64,000 bases of DNA from Actinomycetota bacterium (GTDB taxonomy: Bacteria; Actinomycetota; Acidimicrobiia; Acidimicrobiales; JAMDDE01). Made by a program: the position numbers and the translations under genes. Positions 28,955-38,344 of this stretch are shown here, piece by piece. Every line of letters starts with the position of its first letter. Position 1 is the stretch's first letter. The notes below the pieces were generated by a model. It was given only the letters and a program-made list of their open reading frames with translations, made no database searches and had not been told where the DNA came from. The DNA lies in the NCBI GenBank assembly GCA_023489235.1, contig JAMDDE010000015.1:10226-74225 (forward strand), written 5' to 3'.

Positions 28955-29087
28955 GGGAATAAGAAGGGCGCGACTTGGCCAACGAAGGCATATAAGTTAC
29001 AACAATAACCACAACCCCAATCCCTAGGATCAAGCCAAGATAGCGTTTCAGAATTACTCCTGTTGCACGAAAGAACCGTTCACTCAT
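27486..29087 (-). CDS. ABC transporter substrate-binding protein, Leu/Ile/Val-binding-protein-like (copy A)
   Basis: 533-aa ORF with an N-terminal signal anchor (LGLILGIGVVVIVV) and an S/T/P linker. The periplasmic-binding-type domain carries HGNNGGATAPGVTATTITL. Its start overlaps the stop of the fused ABC gene by 8 nt. Confidence 0.8.
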   Translation of the reverse strand: MSERFFRATGVILKRYLGLILGIGVVVIVVTYMPSLAKSRPSYSPTTSTSPVPSGITPATTPQAPGLTVAGIRCGPGVRQLPWSHYSPWCQPAWHGNNGGATAPGVTATTITLTYRLASSSELSLLYALIPKWAIGTNQETIRTLNAYIKVFNHYFELYGRHVVLKPFMGQGNFINEDVGKGAPQAQADAVTAKSMGAFADMSLIDSSLLYNDDLVAQHVIAFSLYTETASWFAKRAPYVYTPGPDLSKAAVAAAAIVGKEMSGLPAIYAGKALTHKKRVIGILYMENNPQVIAAKDLVVSDLSHYGVHPAIQVGYSFDLSTLESQAQSAIAQFKSAGVTTILYIGADPVTPIFLTKAADEQNYYPEWYIQPEFAITTGLSPLAQLLPPAQTIHMFTSGLPLRSDQEAVQTWRMAHVSGKIEPLYPLDYSSLLQFFDGLQAAGPYLTPQSFSEGLARLPHSTPGGMFGSWSFSAGTIDPVSDFHIEKYDPSIISQADGRPGAFIACNGGRGYSYANGAKNLPAHTQPYCPVKP

Positions 29088-32000
29088 TTTCAGCTTGACT
29101 TCCCTGTCTACTCAGATTGGAGTATTCATCGTTCTTCTCTCTCTTACCCTCAGTTGCCCCGTGTGTGTGAGCTTTTTCTTCCCTACTGTCACCAGATCCT
29201 TCATGGTTGGAGCGAGCTCCTCCAGAACGTCCAATCACTGCTTCATCGGTCCCCAGATAAGCGGCAATTACAGCAGGAGCATTGAGCACCAAAGTCGGTT
29301 CACCTTCAGCAATTACCTCCCCTAGGTGCATGCAAACCAATCGATCAGCCAAAGAAGAGACTAAAGGAACATCATGTTCTATGATGATGAACGCAGCGCC
29401 TGTTTCCTCTCTCAAGCCCAAGAGCAGCTCTCCAAGTGCTTCAGACTCTCGTTGGGCTATGCCAGCAGACGGTTCATCAAGGAGGAGGACACTAGGCTCA
29501 TGCGCAACTGCACAAGCCAGCTCCACTACTCTACGTGTCCCCGTGGACAGCTCTGATACAAAAGAGTCTCGCCAACGTCTGATGCCCATTCGGTCTAGTA
29601 GCTCCTCCACCATTTCAGCTACTTTGGCCTCCGAACGTCTAACTGCACTCAAGCCCAACATGGAGGCTAAAGGATCCTTAACCTCCACACGACGCTCCAA
29701 GGCAAGGGATATGGCCTCGCTTACGGTAAGAGTAGGGAAAAGCCTGGCTTCCTGAAATACTCTCCCAAGACCTAATAAAGCGCGTTGAGCAGCGTATAGA
29801 TTGGTTATATCCCTGCCAGCCATCATGATCCTGCCGGTGTCAGGTAGCACGAACCCTGAACATACGTCAAAGAAGGTAGTCTTTCCTGCTCCATTGGCAC
29901 CTATAACTCCAAGGATTTCTCCTTGGTCGACCGAAAGGGTAACTCCACGCAAAGCAGCTACTCCTCCAAATTGTTTGGTTACATTCTGGACCATAAAGGC
30001 TGGAACGGTTGGTTTATCGAACCTTTGACCGTTCTGTGGATCTGCTCGATCATCTCTCAGCTGCATAACTCTGAAGGGCTCGTGGTCGTCGCCCTCCTCA
30101 CCAACTTCGCTGGGAGAGCTAACGCTGGGAGAGCCAACGCCATCTCGATAAGATTCACCCCCTAGGGCCTGTGCAACTAGATCCTCTATGCTTGGCTGTG
30201 CAGGTGGTGGTGGTGGTAGATTTTCCGCTCCTTGGTATGCAGGAGGTGACAGATTTTCTACCCCTACTCGCAGAGGAGATGGCACATGCTGTCTTGTTGT
30301 CCATTCAGAGATTGGACGACTACCAGCCTTGGCGGCAGCACGCAAGAATACTGAACGAACTAGTTCAGGCTGTTGGGACAGATCTGGAGTGGCTCCACTA
30401 AATCTTATGCGACCACGCTCAATGAACACAGCACGTGATGCTATGGCCGTGGCTACATTGATAGATTGTTCGACCACTATGACAGTCACACCTGATATGG
30501 CCAATGTCCGAATGACTTGTAGAAGCTGAGAGATGATCGTAGGAGCAAGCCCTAGAGACAATTCGTCGATAAGCAATACCTTGGGTTTGCAAAGCAATGC
30601 TTGGCTCAACGCAAGCATTTGCTGCTCACCCCCGGATAACAATCCTGCACGCGTATCAATACGGTCAGCTAGCACAGGGAACATGGAAAGCACTCTGTCG
30701 GTAGCGAGCTCCACAAAGCGTAGATCGTGGTGGTATCTTCTCGCTGTCCAGCCTGCCATTCTCAGGTTCTCTCGAACCGTGAGCGAAGGAAATATTCCTT
30801 GTCCGCCTAGCATTGTAGCTATCCCAGAGCGCACACGCTCCACCGCGTTGCGTGTTGCCAGATCGTTACCGATAAAGGAGATAGCTCCTTTCCAAGGTGA
30901 TCTCAATCCGGCAATAGTTCTTATAAGAGTAGATTTACCTGCCCCATTGGTACCAAGTAGCGCAAGCACTTCTCCTTGAGCTACTCCCAAACTGATATCG
31001 TGCAGAACTCGTAGCTTACCGTATCCACCGCTGAGATCTTGGATACCTAAGATAGCTGGTGAGCCATCTTGAGGCCATGCCATAGAAGATCGACCTGCTG
31101 TAGAAGCTGCCGACCTTCCCATGGAGGGTGAATTACTAGCCGAGCTGAAATCTGCCTCTTCCAGATCCTCCAATGCCTCTAATCTAAGTGCAGCGGTATA
31201 GACGAGTGGCTCCCCTGGAGAATGCTTGCTATTGTCCGGCAACGATGAGTCGGGCTGTACTGTATCGTCTAGTTCATCCAATCGAACGACTTCCCTTGCC
31301 TCAATTCTCCTAGCTATCAAGGAAAGCAACCGGTCACGCAGATCGAACATGAGTCCCCCTAGGCCCTCGGGAACCACCATCAACAGAACAAGCAGACCAG
31401 CGCCACTAGCTAAGAGCTGTAGCCCTCCACGAAGAAAGTAGAGGACACCCTCCACGTAGACAGCACCGAGAATTGCTCCCGGCAGAGATCCAAGCCCTCC
31501 AATGACCGCCATAGTCAGCACCGTCAAGGATTCTTGAGGCGGGAATCCAGCGTATCCAATACCCCCCAGGCCGAGCACGTACAGTCCTCCAGCTACTCCA
31601 GCAAGTGCTCCAGAGAAGGCAAAAGCTATTAGCTTAGCCTTGAGAGGACTAACCGAGTACGCCGATGCTGCTCTGGCATTGTCGCGTACGGCTAGTATCA
31701 CTCGACCAGCGCGGCTCCTTCGTAAATTCCTAGCCAGATATAGTGCAAATACAAGGACCAGTAAACAAAGATAATAAAAGCTCAACGAGGAACTGAGATT
31801 GAACCTATCGAACAACACCGGGCGTGGAACAGTGGAGGGATTCAGAAGAGGGAAGTAGCTCGAGCTCAATACCCAGGTAGACATTGCCACTGCAAACGCA
31901 AGAGTAGTAACTGCCAGATAGAGGCCGGGTAGTCGAAGGGCTGGGACGCCTATTACTATGGCTACAACCCCTCCTACTAGAGCTGCTATGAACAAAGCAA

Positions 32001-33306
32001 CGAATAACTCAACGTGTGCATGAACCAACAGAGATCCAACGGCAGCAGAGCCGGCACCTACAAAGGCAAACTGACCAAGACTGAGTTGACCGGCCCATCC
32101 GGAGAGAACAACCAAGGATACGGCAATGATCCCAAAGATGGCCATGTAAGCAAGCAAGGTGACCCTGGGAGTTGAAAGCGCCAGAGGAACGAGGACGGCC
32201 AATAAGACCATACCGCCTATCAAAGCCTTGCGAGCAACCACTATTCCTGGACGTCTAGCCAGCCAGTCCGGGATGGGCTTCACCTCCCGTACGGCAACAT
32301 ATCCTCCAAGTCCTTCATCGTCTACACGGGTTTGCTGACGATGTTGCAAGAACAAGCCGATCAAGATGAGTACGAACAGTCCTACATTCTCAGCTACAGA
32401 GTTGTGATACGACCAGAAAACTGCCTGTCCGAACACGCCAATACCCAGCGACCAGGCCATTGCAGCAGGAAGACTTTCCATGGACGCCAACACAGCTGCT
32501 GCAAGAGGTGCCAACAGTACGGTAGGACCAGAGGCTACTCCCACATTGGGGCCAAGGATCGGTGCAGAGAGAATGGCTCCAACGCCTGACAGTCCAGCAG
32601 CAACCATCCAGGTAACCATGGAGAGTCGCCTGACCGGAATACCCAACAGAGTAGCTCTATCCCGTGAGTCCGCGACAGCCTTGATCGCTATACCCGTATC
32701 CGTCTTGGAAAGAAACCACCAAATTCCAAGGAGCGCAATAGGTACAACGATCAACGCTACGAGATCATTACCACTAAAGACTATCCCAGAAAAAGTAAAG
32801 CTGAAATGGAAAGGGGTGCTGAACGTAGAACTGACGTTGGACATATGGGAAACAATGTGAGGAAGTCCTACCTCCGCAGCCCCGAGTATCTGCGCTAAAC
32901 CCAAGGTGGCCACTGTAAAGATCAGACGGGGAGCATTGGCAAACCGTCTGGCCACCACCAAGTCAATGAGCCAACCGGTGAGCACGCCTACAAGAATCCC
33001 TGCGGGAACTGCTAGGTAGTACGATACTCCCCATCCACCGACCATGATGATCGCAGCTGATGCAGCAAGACCTCCTATGGCTGCCTGGGCAAAGTTGATG
33101 ATGCGCACTGATCGATAAAGAAGTACCAAGCCTATAGCAACAAGGCCATTGAGACCGCCTAGCACGATACCCTCCAACGCAACTCCAAGGGGAAGATGAG
33201 CAGGAAGAATCGCAGACGCAACTAGCCATGCTGCAACCACAGCAACAACGACCAGAGCCTTTCTCACAAGGTCTCGGTCACTTAGATCTCTCAATGATAT
33301 TCGCAT
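29080..33306 (-). CDS. Four-domain fused ABC importer: LivH-like permease, LivM-like permease, LivF-like ATPase, LivG-like ATPase
   Basis: Uninterrupted 1408-aa ORF.
- aa 1-325: LivH-like transmembrane domain.
- aa 360-665: LivM-like transmembrane domain (GQLSLGQFAFVGAG).
- aa 751-985: ATPase with GTNGAGKST, LSGGEQQML and LLIDE.
- aa 1103-1355: ATPase with GANGAGKTT, LSTGTRRVVE and LLLDEPSAG. Confidence 0.85.
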   Translation of the reverse strand: MRISLRDLSDRDLVRKALVVVAVVAAWLVASAILPAHLPLGVALEGIVLGGLNGLVAIGLVLLYRSVRIINFAQAAIGGLAASAAIIMVGGWGVSYYLAVPAGILVGVLTGWLIDLVVARRFANAPRLIFTVATLGLAQILGAAEVGLPHIVSHMSNVSSTFSTPFHFSFTFSGIVFSGNDLVALIVVPIALLGIWWFLSKTDTGIAIKAVADSRDRATLLGIPVRRLSMVTWMVAAGLSGVGAILSAPILGPNVGVASGPTVLLAPLAAAVLASMESLPAAMAWSLGIGVFGQAVFWSYHNSVAENVGLFVLILIGLFLQHRQQTRVDDEGLGGYVAVREVKPIPDWLARRPGIVVARKALIGGMVLLAVLVPLALSTPRVTLLAYMAIFGIIAVSLVVLSGWAGQLSLGQFAFVGAGSAAVGSLLVHAHVELFVALFIAALVGGVVAIVIGVPALRLPGLYLAVTTLAFAVAMSTWVLSSSYFPLLNPSTVPRPVLFDRFNLSSSLSFYYLCLLVLVFALYLARNLRRSRAGRVILAVRDNARAASAYSVSPLKAKLIAFAFSGALAGVAGGLYVLGLGGIGYAGFPPQESLTVLTMAVIGGLGSLPGAILGAVYVEGVLYFLRGGLQLLASGAGLLVLLMVVPEGLGGLMFDLRDRLLSLIARRIEAREVVRLDELDDTVQPDSSLPDNSKHSPGEPLVYTAALRLEALEDLEEADFSSASNSPSMGRSAASTAGRSSMAWPQDGSPAILGIQDLSGGYGKLRVLHDISLGVAQGEVLALLGTNGAGKSTLIRTIAGLRSPWKGAISFIGNDLATRNAVERVRSGIATMLGGQGIFPSLTVRENLRMAGWTARRYHHDLRFVELATDRVLSMFPVLADRIDTRAGLLSGGEQQMLALSQALLCKPKVLLIDELSLGLAPTIISQLLQVIRTLAISGVTVIVVEQSINVATAIASRAVFIERGRIRFSGATPDLSQQPELVRSVFLRAAAKAGSRPISEWTTRQHVPSPLRVGVENLSPPAYQGAENLPPPPPAQPSIEDLVAQALGGESYRDGVGSPSVSSPSEVGEEGDDHEPFRVMQLRDDRADPQNGQRFDKPTVPAFMVQNVTKQFGGVAALRGVTLSVDQGEILGVIGANGAGKTTFFDVCSGFVLPDTGRIMMAGRDITNLYAAQRALLGLGRVFQEARLFPTLTVSEAISLALERRVEVKDPLASMLGLSAVRRSEAKVAEMVEELLDRMGIRRWRDSFVSELSTGTRRVVELACAVAHEPSVLLLDEPSAGIAQRESEALGELLLGLREETGAAFIIIEHDVPLVSSLADRLVCMHLGEVIAEGEPTLVLNAPAVIAAYLGTDEAVIGRSGGARSNHEGSGDSREEKAHTHGATEGKREKNDEYSNLSRQGSQAENE

Positions 33307-33356
33307 CCGATCACTCCTAGGATAAGCTGCTCTCTACCTCGTCTTCGATTAGGTGG

Positions 33357-34827
33357 ACTTAGGGCTTCACAGGACAGTACGGCTGGGTGTGGGCGGGCAG
33401 ATTCTTCGCTCCGTTGGCATAGGAGTAACCTCTGCCTCCGTTACAAGCAATGAACGCCCCTGGCCTGCCGTCAGCTTGGCTGATGATGCTCGGGTCGTAC
33501 TTCTCTATGTGGAAGTCGGAGACTGGGTCTATGGTGCCCGCAGAGAAGCTCCAAGACCCGAACATCCCTCCAGGTGTGGAGTGGGGTAACCTGGCAAGCC
33601 CCTCGGAGAAGCTCTGAGGGGTCAAGTAAGGACCTGCTGCTTGCAGACCATCGAAGAACTGGAGTAAGGAAGAGTAGTCCAGTGGGTAAAGGGGTTCTAT
33701 CTTCCCTGATACGTGGGCCATTCTCCAAGTCTGTACAGCCTCCTGATCTGACCTCAGAGGCAGTCCAGAGGTAAACATGTGGATGGTTTGAGCTGGAGGA
33801 AGGAGCTGAGCCAAGGGGCTCAGTCCCGTGGTGATAGCAAACTCTGGCTGTATGTACCACTCTGGATAGTAGTTCTGTTCATCGGCTGCTTTGGTGAGGA
33901 ATATAGGGGTTACAGGATCAGCCCCTATATACAAGATGGTGGTCACTCCTGCCGACTTGAACTGAGCTATGGCGCTTTGTGCCTGACTCTCCAAGGTGGA
34001 GAGGTCGAATGAGTAACCTACTTGGATGGCAGGATGAACCCCGTAATGGGAGAGGTCGGAGACTACCAAATCCTTGGCGGCAATGACCTGGGGGTTGTTC
34101 TCCATGTAGAGTATCCCTATTACCCTCTTCTTGTGGGTCAGGGCCTTGCCTGCATAAATAGCAGGCAATCCGCTCATCTCCTTGCCCACGATAGCTGCTG
34201 CTGCAACAGCAGCCTTGGACAAGTCTGGGCCAGGGGTGTACACATACGGTGCACGCTTGGCGAACCAAGAGGCGGTCTCCGTGTAGAGACTGAAGGCTAT
34301 TACATGCTGAGCAACAAGGTCATCATTGTACAGAAGACTAGAGTCGATCAAGGACATATCAGCGAAGGCACCCATGCTCTTGGCAGTAACGGCATCTGCT
34401 TGAGCTTGCGGAGCTCCCTTGCCCACATCCTCGTTGATGAAGTTGCCCTGACCCATGAAAGGCTTTAGCACCACATGGCGACCGTAGAGCTCGAAGTAGT
34501 GGTTGAAGACCTTTATGTAAGCGTTCAAGGTGCGTATGGTCTCCTGGTTGGTGCCAATGGCCCACTTGGGTATCAAGGCATAGAGCAAGCTCAACTCCGA
34601 GGAGGAGGCCAACCTGTAGGTAAGGGTAATGGTGGTAGCGGTCACTCCAGGGGCAGTAGCCCCTCCGTTGTTACCGTGCCAGGCAGGCTGGCACCAAGGA
34701 GAGTAATGAGACCAAGGCAACTGGCGTACCCCGGGACCACACCTTATGCCAGCCACGGTCAAGCCGGGAGCCTGAGGAGTGGTTGCCGGAGTGATCCCAG
34801 AGGGAACCGGAGAAGTGGAGGTAGTTG
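33357..34827. repeat. 1471-bp direct repeat, copy 2 (identical to 27484-28954)
   Basis: See copy 1. Identity ends at GTAGTTG|A (34827/34828) versus GTAGTTG|G (28954/28955). Confidence 0.9.
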
Positions 34828-34984
34828 ACTTAGATGAGCTGTTGGGAATGGTAGGAGTAACCAACAACGCTACGACAAGTCCAACGAATCCAGCAAAGAG
34901 CAGTATCTGACGTGAGTAAGTATTGCTGATGGAGGACAGACGACCCAGCCCACGACGTGAAAGAGGTTCGGCAGATGTGGACAT
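33359..34984 (-). CDS. ABC transporter substrate-binding protein, Leu/Ile/Val-binding-protein-like (copy B)
   Basis: 541-aa ORF. It is identical to copy A from TTSTSPVPSG to the C-terminus. The N-terminus differs (SRRGLGRL... ILLFAGFVGLVVALLV). Confidence 0.8.
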   Translation of the reverse strand: MSTSAEPLSRRGLGRLSSISNTYSRQILLFAGFVGLVVALLVTPTIPNSSSKSTTSTSPVPSGITPATTPQAPGLTVAGIRCGPGVRQLPWSHYSPWCQPAWHGNNGGATAPGVTATTITLTYRLASSSELSLLYALIPKWAIGTNQETIRTLNAYIKVFNHYFELYGRHVVLKPFMGQGNFINEDVGKGAPQAQADAVTAKSMGAFADMSLIDSSLLYNDDLVAQHVIAFSLYTETASWFAKRAPYVYTPGPDLSKAAVAAAAIVGKEMSGLPAIYAGKALTHKKRVIGILYMENNPQVIAAKDLVVSDLSHYGVHPAIQVGYSFDLSTLESQAQSAIAQFKSAGVTTILYIGADPVTPIFLTKAADEQNYYPEWYIQPEFAITTGLSPLAQLLPPAQTIHMFTSGLPLRSDQEAVQTWRMAHVSGKIEPLYPLDYSSLLQFFDGLQAAGPYLTPQSFSEGLARLPHSTPGGMFGSWSFSAGTIDPVSDFHIEKYDPSIISQADGRPGAFIACNGGRGYSYANGAKNLPAHTQPYCPVKP

Positions 34985-35298
34985 GGCTATCGCCTACTGA
35001 GGATAGGCGGACATCTGCGGACGGCTCATTGAATTACCCCCTGATCATTTAAATTTTTTTAATTCTTATCGAAAGAGTTCCTTGCTCGGGCATGCACGCG
35101 GCCACCCATATCGCTCCCGTGCATGGATGGTCATCTATATCTATATTGCCACATACCGTACTTGGTCACCCACAACATGATTTATAATGTTAGCCATTAG
35201 CAAACCATCATGACAAGCTTGCAGTCGATCTTCAAAAAGAATGCTTCACCAATACCCCGAATAGCTAGGAATGCTATCAGGAGTATAACATTTGCAAT

Positions 35299-37233
35299 AT
35301 GACTCCCTTTGGCCAATATGGTGAATCATCAGCAAGCACCCGGAGTGCATTCCATTCTTCGAGGACTCGACCTCCAAAAAGACTACAAGAACTGTGTGGG
35401 GCAATACTCCCCCTGGACCTCAGTGACCCCGAACTATCCTTGCTAGCTAGAAAAACAGCCGAATTCCTGGACAAACAGCCCACTGTGGTCCGAGCTGGCG
35501 TGCTAACTGCTGCAACCATATTAGAGGCCGCTTCCCTAGCGTTCTACCGACGCCCCATTGCGAAGTTGGAAACATCCAAACGCGAAAGACTCCTGTCCCG
35601 CCTGGAACACAACCGTTACTCGGCTCAGGCACTTAGTTCTCTCAAAGCACTTGTGCTACTAGTTTACGGCACAGACCATTTCAGTGCGGAGACTTTCCAG
35701 AGGGCTACTAGCTCGCCTCCCGCCCGTCCTGATCCAGTACTGAATTTGACCAGCGCAATAGCCTGGCCCTCGATCACCACCTGCGACATAGTTGTAGTAG
35801 GCTCTGGAGCTGGTGGAGCCATGGCAGCAAGATCCTTGGCCAGAGCGGGTATGGATGTCATAGTTGTCGAAGAGGGCTCCAGCTACAGCGTAGACGACTT
35901 CCGAGAAGACCTTCCCATTGACAGATTCACCAAACTTTACCGAGACGGTGGAACTACTATGGCAATTGGACGTCCTCCTATAGTTCTTCCAATTGGCAGG
36001 GCGGTAGGAGGCACCACCGTTATCAACTCCGGTACATGCTTCAAGACACCCTCAACAGTGGTGCATCATTGGCATGATTCCCTTGGTCTCGCTCTTGCTG
36101 AGCCCGATCGCTTCAATGACTACTTGGACGAGGTATTCACGACACTGCAAGTAGCGCCTGTAAGAGAGGAGGTGATGGGCAGGAACGGAGAACTGTGCCT
36201 TGTAGGTGCCGAAAAACTTGGTTGGAGCGCTGGGCCAATTGTTCGTAATGCACCTGGTTGCGAAGGATGCTGCCAGTGCGCTATAGGTTGTCCTACCAAT
36301 GCCAAGTTCGGGGTCCATTTGAATGCCCTTCCACAAGCCTGTCAAGCAGGAGCACGAATCGTGAGCGAAGCAAGAGTCACTCGAATCTTGATGGATGACA
36401 ATCGGGCTATCGGAATAGAGGCCATGAGGAGGGATGGCTCCCGTTTGGTAATAAAGGCTCCTACCGTTCTAGTAGCTGCAGGAGCAACAGAGACCCCCTT
36501 GCTCCTACGTAGAAGTGGAATTGGTTCTCACCCATTCCTCGGCTCTAACCTCGCCATTCATCCCGCCGTTAGTGTAGCAGGCCGTTTCGAAGAGCCAGTT
36601 TTCTCCTGGAGAGGTGTACTGCAGAGTGCAGAGATAGACGAGTTCCACGAGAGCCACGGGATCCTGATCGAAGCTACTGCCACCCCACCAGGTATGGGTT
36701 CGATCATGCTACCCGGATATGGAAGACACCTCTTGTGGGAGTTGAATCACGCGGAGCAACTAGCCAGCTTGGGGGCGATGGTGGCAGATGAGTCCACCGG
36801 AAAGGTATTAGGCAAGAATCATGCTCTCATTCGATATGACTTGGGTCGCCACGAAGGACTCATGCTGCTTCAATCCATTAAGTTCATGGGTGAAGCACTC
36901 TTTGCCGCTGGAGCTTTGGAGGTCCTAACAGGGATTCCTTCCAAGCCCATAGTTCATGATCTCAAAGAACTGCAGCAAGCTGTAGAGAACGCTGACTACA
37001 AGGACCTCCACATAGCAGCCTTTCACCCGAGCGGAACGGCGGCAGCTGGAGGAAGTGCTGCCTTTTATCCCCTAAACAGCCGAGGTGAGCTTCGTGGTGT
37101 CTCTGGAGTATGGGTAGCGGATGCCTCCATCCTCCCTTCTTCGCCTCGGGTCAATCCTCAGGTATCCATCATGGCCCTTTCTCTAGCAGTAGCCGATTCG
37201 ATCATAGCCAAGGCCGAGGGGGCAAAGTCATGA
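35299..37233 (+). CDS. GMC-family FAD oxidoreductase with N-terminal helical extension (alcohol-oxidase-like)
   Basis: 644-aa ORF. The FAD motif DIVVVGSGAGGAMAARSLARAG begins about aa 165. A C-terminal GMC region is present (HPSGTAAAG, VADASILPSSP). Confidence 0.85.
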   Translation: MTPFGQYGESSASTRSAFHSSRTRPPKRLQELCGAILPLDLSDPELSLLARKTAEFLDKQPTVVRAGVLTAATILEAASLAFYRRPIAKLETSKRERLLSRLEHNRYSAQALSSLKALVLLVYGTDHFSAETFQRATSSPPARPDPVLNLTSAIAWPSITTCDIVVVGSGAGGAMAARSLARAGMDVIVVEEGSSYSVDDFREDLPIDRFTKLYRDGGTTMAIGRPPIVLPIGRAVGGTTVINSGTCFKTPSTVVHHWHDSLGLALAEPDRFNDYLDEVFTTLQVAPVREEVMGRNGELCLVGAEKLGWSAGPIVRNAPGCEGCCQCAIGCPTNAKFGVHLNALPQACQAGARIVSEARVTRILMDDNRAIGIEAMRRDGSRLVIKAPTVLVAAGATETPLLLRRSGIGSHPFLGSNLAIHPAVSVAGRFEEPVFSWRGVLQSAEIDEFHESHGILIEATATPPGMGSIMLPGYGRHLLWELNHAEQLASLGAMVADESTGKVLGKNHALIRYDLGRHEGLMLLQSIKFMGEALFAAGALEVLTGIPSKPIVHDLKELQQAVENADYKDLHIAAFHPSGTAAAGGSAAFYPLNSRGELRGVSGVWVADASILPSSPRVNPQVSIMALSLAVADSIIAKAEGAKS

Positions 37234-38312
37234 GCAATGTTATTTCTAGGGTATCCAAGTTAGTTCGTCAATCATTGCTGAATGAGTCCTCATCCTCTGT
37301 CGAAGAGCAGGTTGCCCGATACATGGCTCCTCGGATGAAAGATCAAGAGAACCGTCAAGAAATCTGGTACTTGACGTTGTCCGATCCTAACAGAGGAATT
37401 GGACTTTGGATTCACCATGAACTAGTTTACCCTTCTCCAACCTCTACAGTAAGAACTCCAGATGCAACTGACTCACGATCAGCGCTAGCTCCAGACACTG
37501 TCCTTCCTGCTACTCCGTATATGCATGGATGGATTGCCTACTTCGAAAATAACGAAGAACCGCTTTTAGAGCGATTTGGTCCTGAGCCACTGCAAATTGC
37601 ACTACCAGCTAGGCAAATACCCGCTATTCAGGGATGCTCTATGACTACAGGAGGAGCTCGAGGCAGTACGGGTACATTGTGCTGGGAGATCCACTTCGAG
37701 GAGCCAAGTAAGCCATTGTTCACCTTTCCCAGGTTGGCTGTTGACTACGATCTCCTTCCTGCAACCCAGATGCTCCCCGTCCCCTCTTCGGCTGTCTCTG
37801 GGAAACTAGAGAAGGGAGACAAGACTATCGACCTATCTGGAAGCAGGGGAGGGATTGCCCATATCTACGGGAGAGGAAGCGCCAAGAGGTGGGCGTGGCT
37901 GCACGCAGATCTAGGAGAAGGAGATCTCCTGGAGATAGTCGCTGCCATTAGCAAGACGCATCACCCACCACTACTAGGGCCGCTTGCCTTCGTGCAACTC
38001 AGATTGGGCGGGTGTGATTGGCCTTTGGATCCGCTAATTACCTCAGCTTGCTTCCGTACTAGCATCGGGTTACCCACCTGGAAATTGGTTGGGAGAGTAG
38101 GTCTGGATCGTCTCTCAGTAGAAGTAACCATACCTGATAGATATGCAGTTACCTTGACCTATACGGATCCGGATGGCTCTACCGCTACTTGCACCAACTG
38201 TGAGATCGCAGACGCTCATATTGTCTTCGAACGACAACGAGGGCCATGGAGTACTACAAAGAGCTGGATGCTTGAACAAAGTGCTCATGCAGAGGTGGGG
38301 ACCAGGCCATGA
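37230..38312 (+). CDS. Hypothetical protein, translationally coupled to the GMC oxidoreductase
   Basis: The ATG at 37230 overlaps the GMC stop (ATGA). 360 aa. The only weak motif is GRGSAKRWAWLHADL, which recalls the tocopherol-cyclase-like beta-barrel family. Function unknown. Confidence 0.6.
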   Translation: MSNVISRVSKLVRQSLLNESSSSVEEQVARYMAPRMKDQENRQEIWYLTLSDPNRGIGLWIHHELVYPSPTSTVRTPDATDSRSALAPDTVLPATPYMHGWIAYFENNEEPLLERFGPEPLQIALPARQIPAIQGCSMTTGGARGSTGTLCWEIHFEEPSKPLFTFPRLAVDYDLLPATQMLPVPSSAVSGKLEKGDKTIDLSGSRGGIAHIYGRGSAKRWAWLHADLGEGDLLEIVAAISKTHHPPLLGPLAFVQLRLGGCDWPLDPLITSACFRTSIGLPTWKLVGRVGLDRLSVEVTIPDRYAVTLTYTDPDGSTATCTNCEIADAHIVFERQRGPWSTTKSWMLEQSAHAEVGTRP

Positions 38313-38344
38313 ACATCTTCCGAGCGTTTGCTTCCGGTGCCAGG

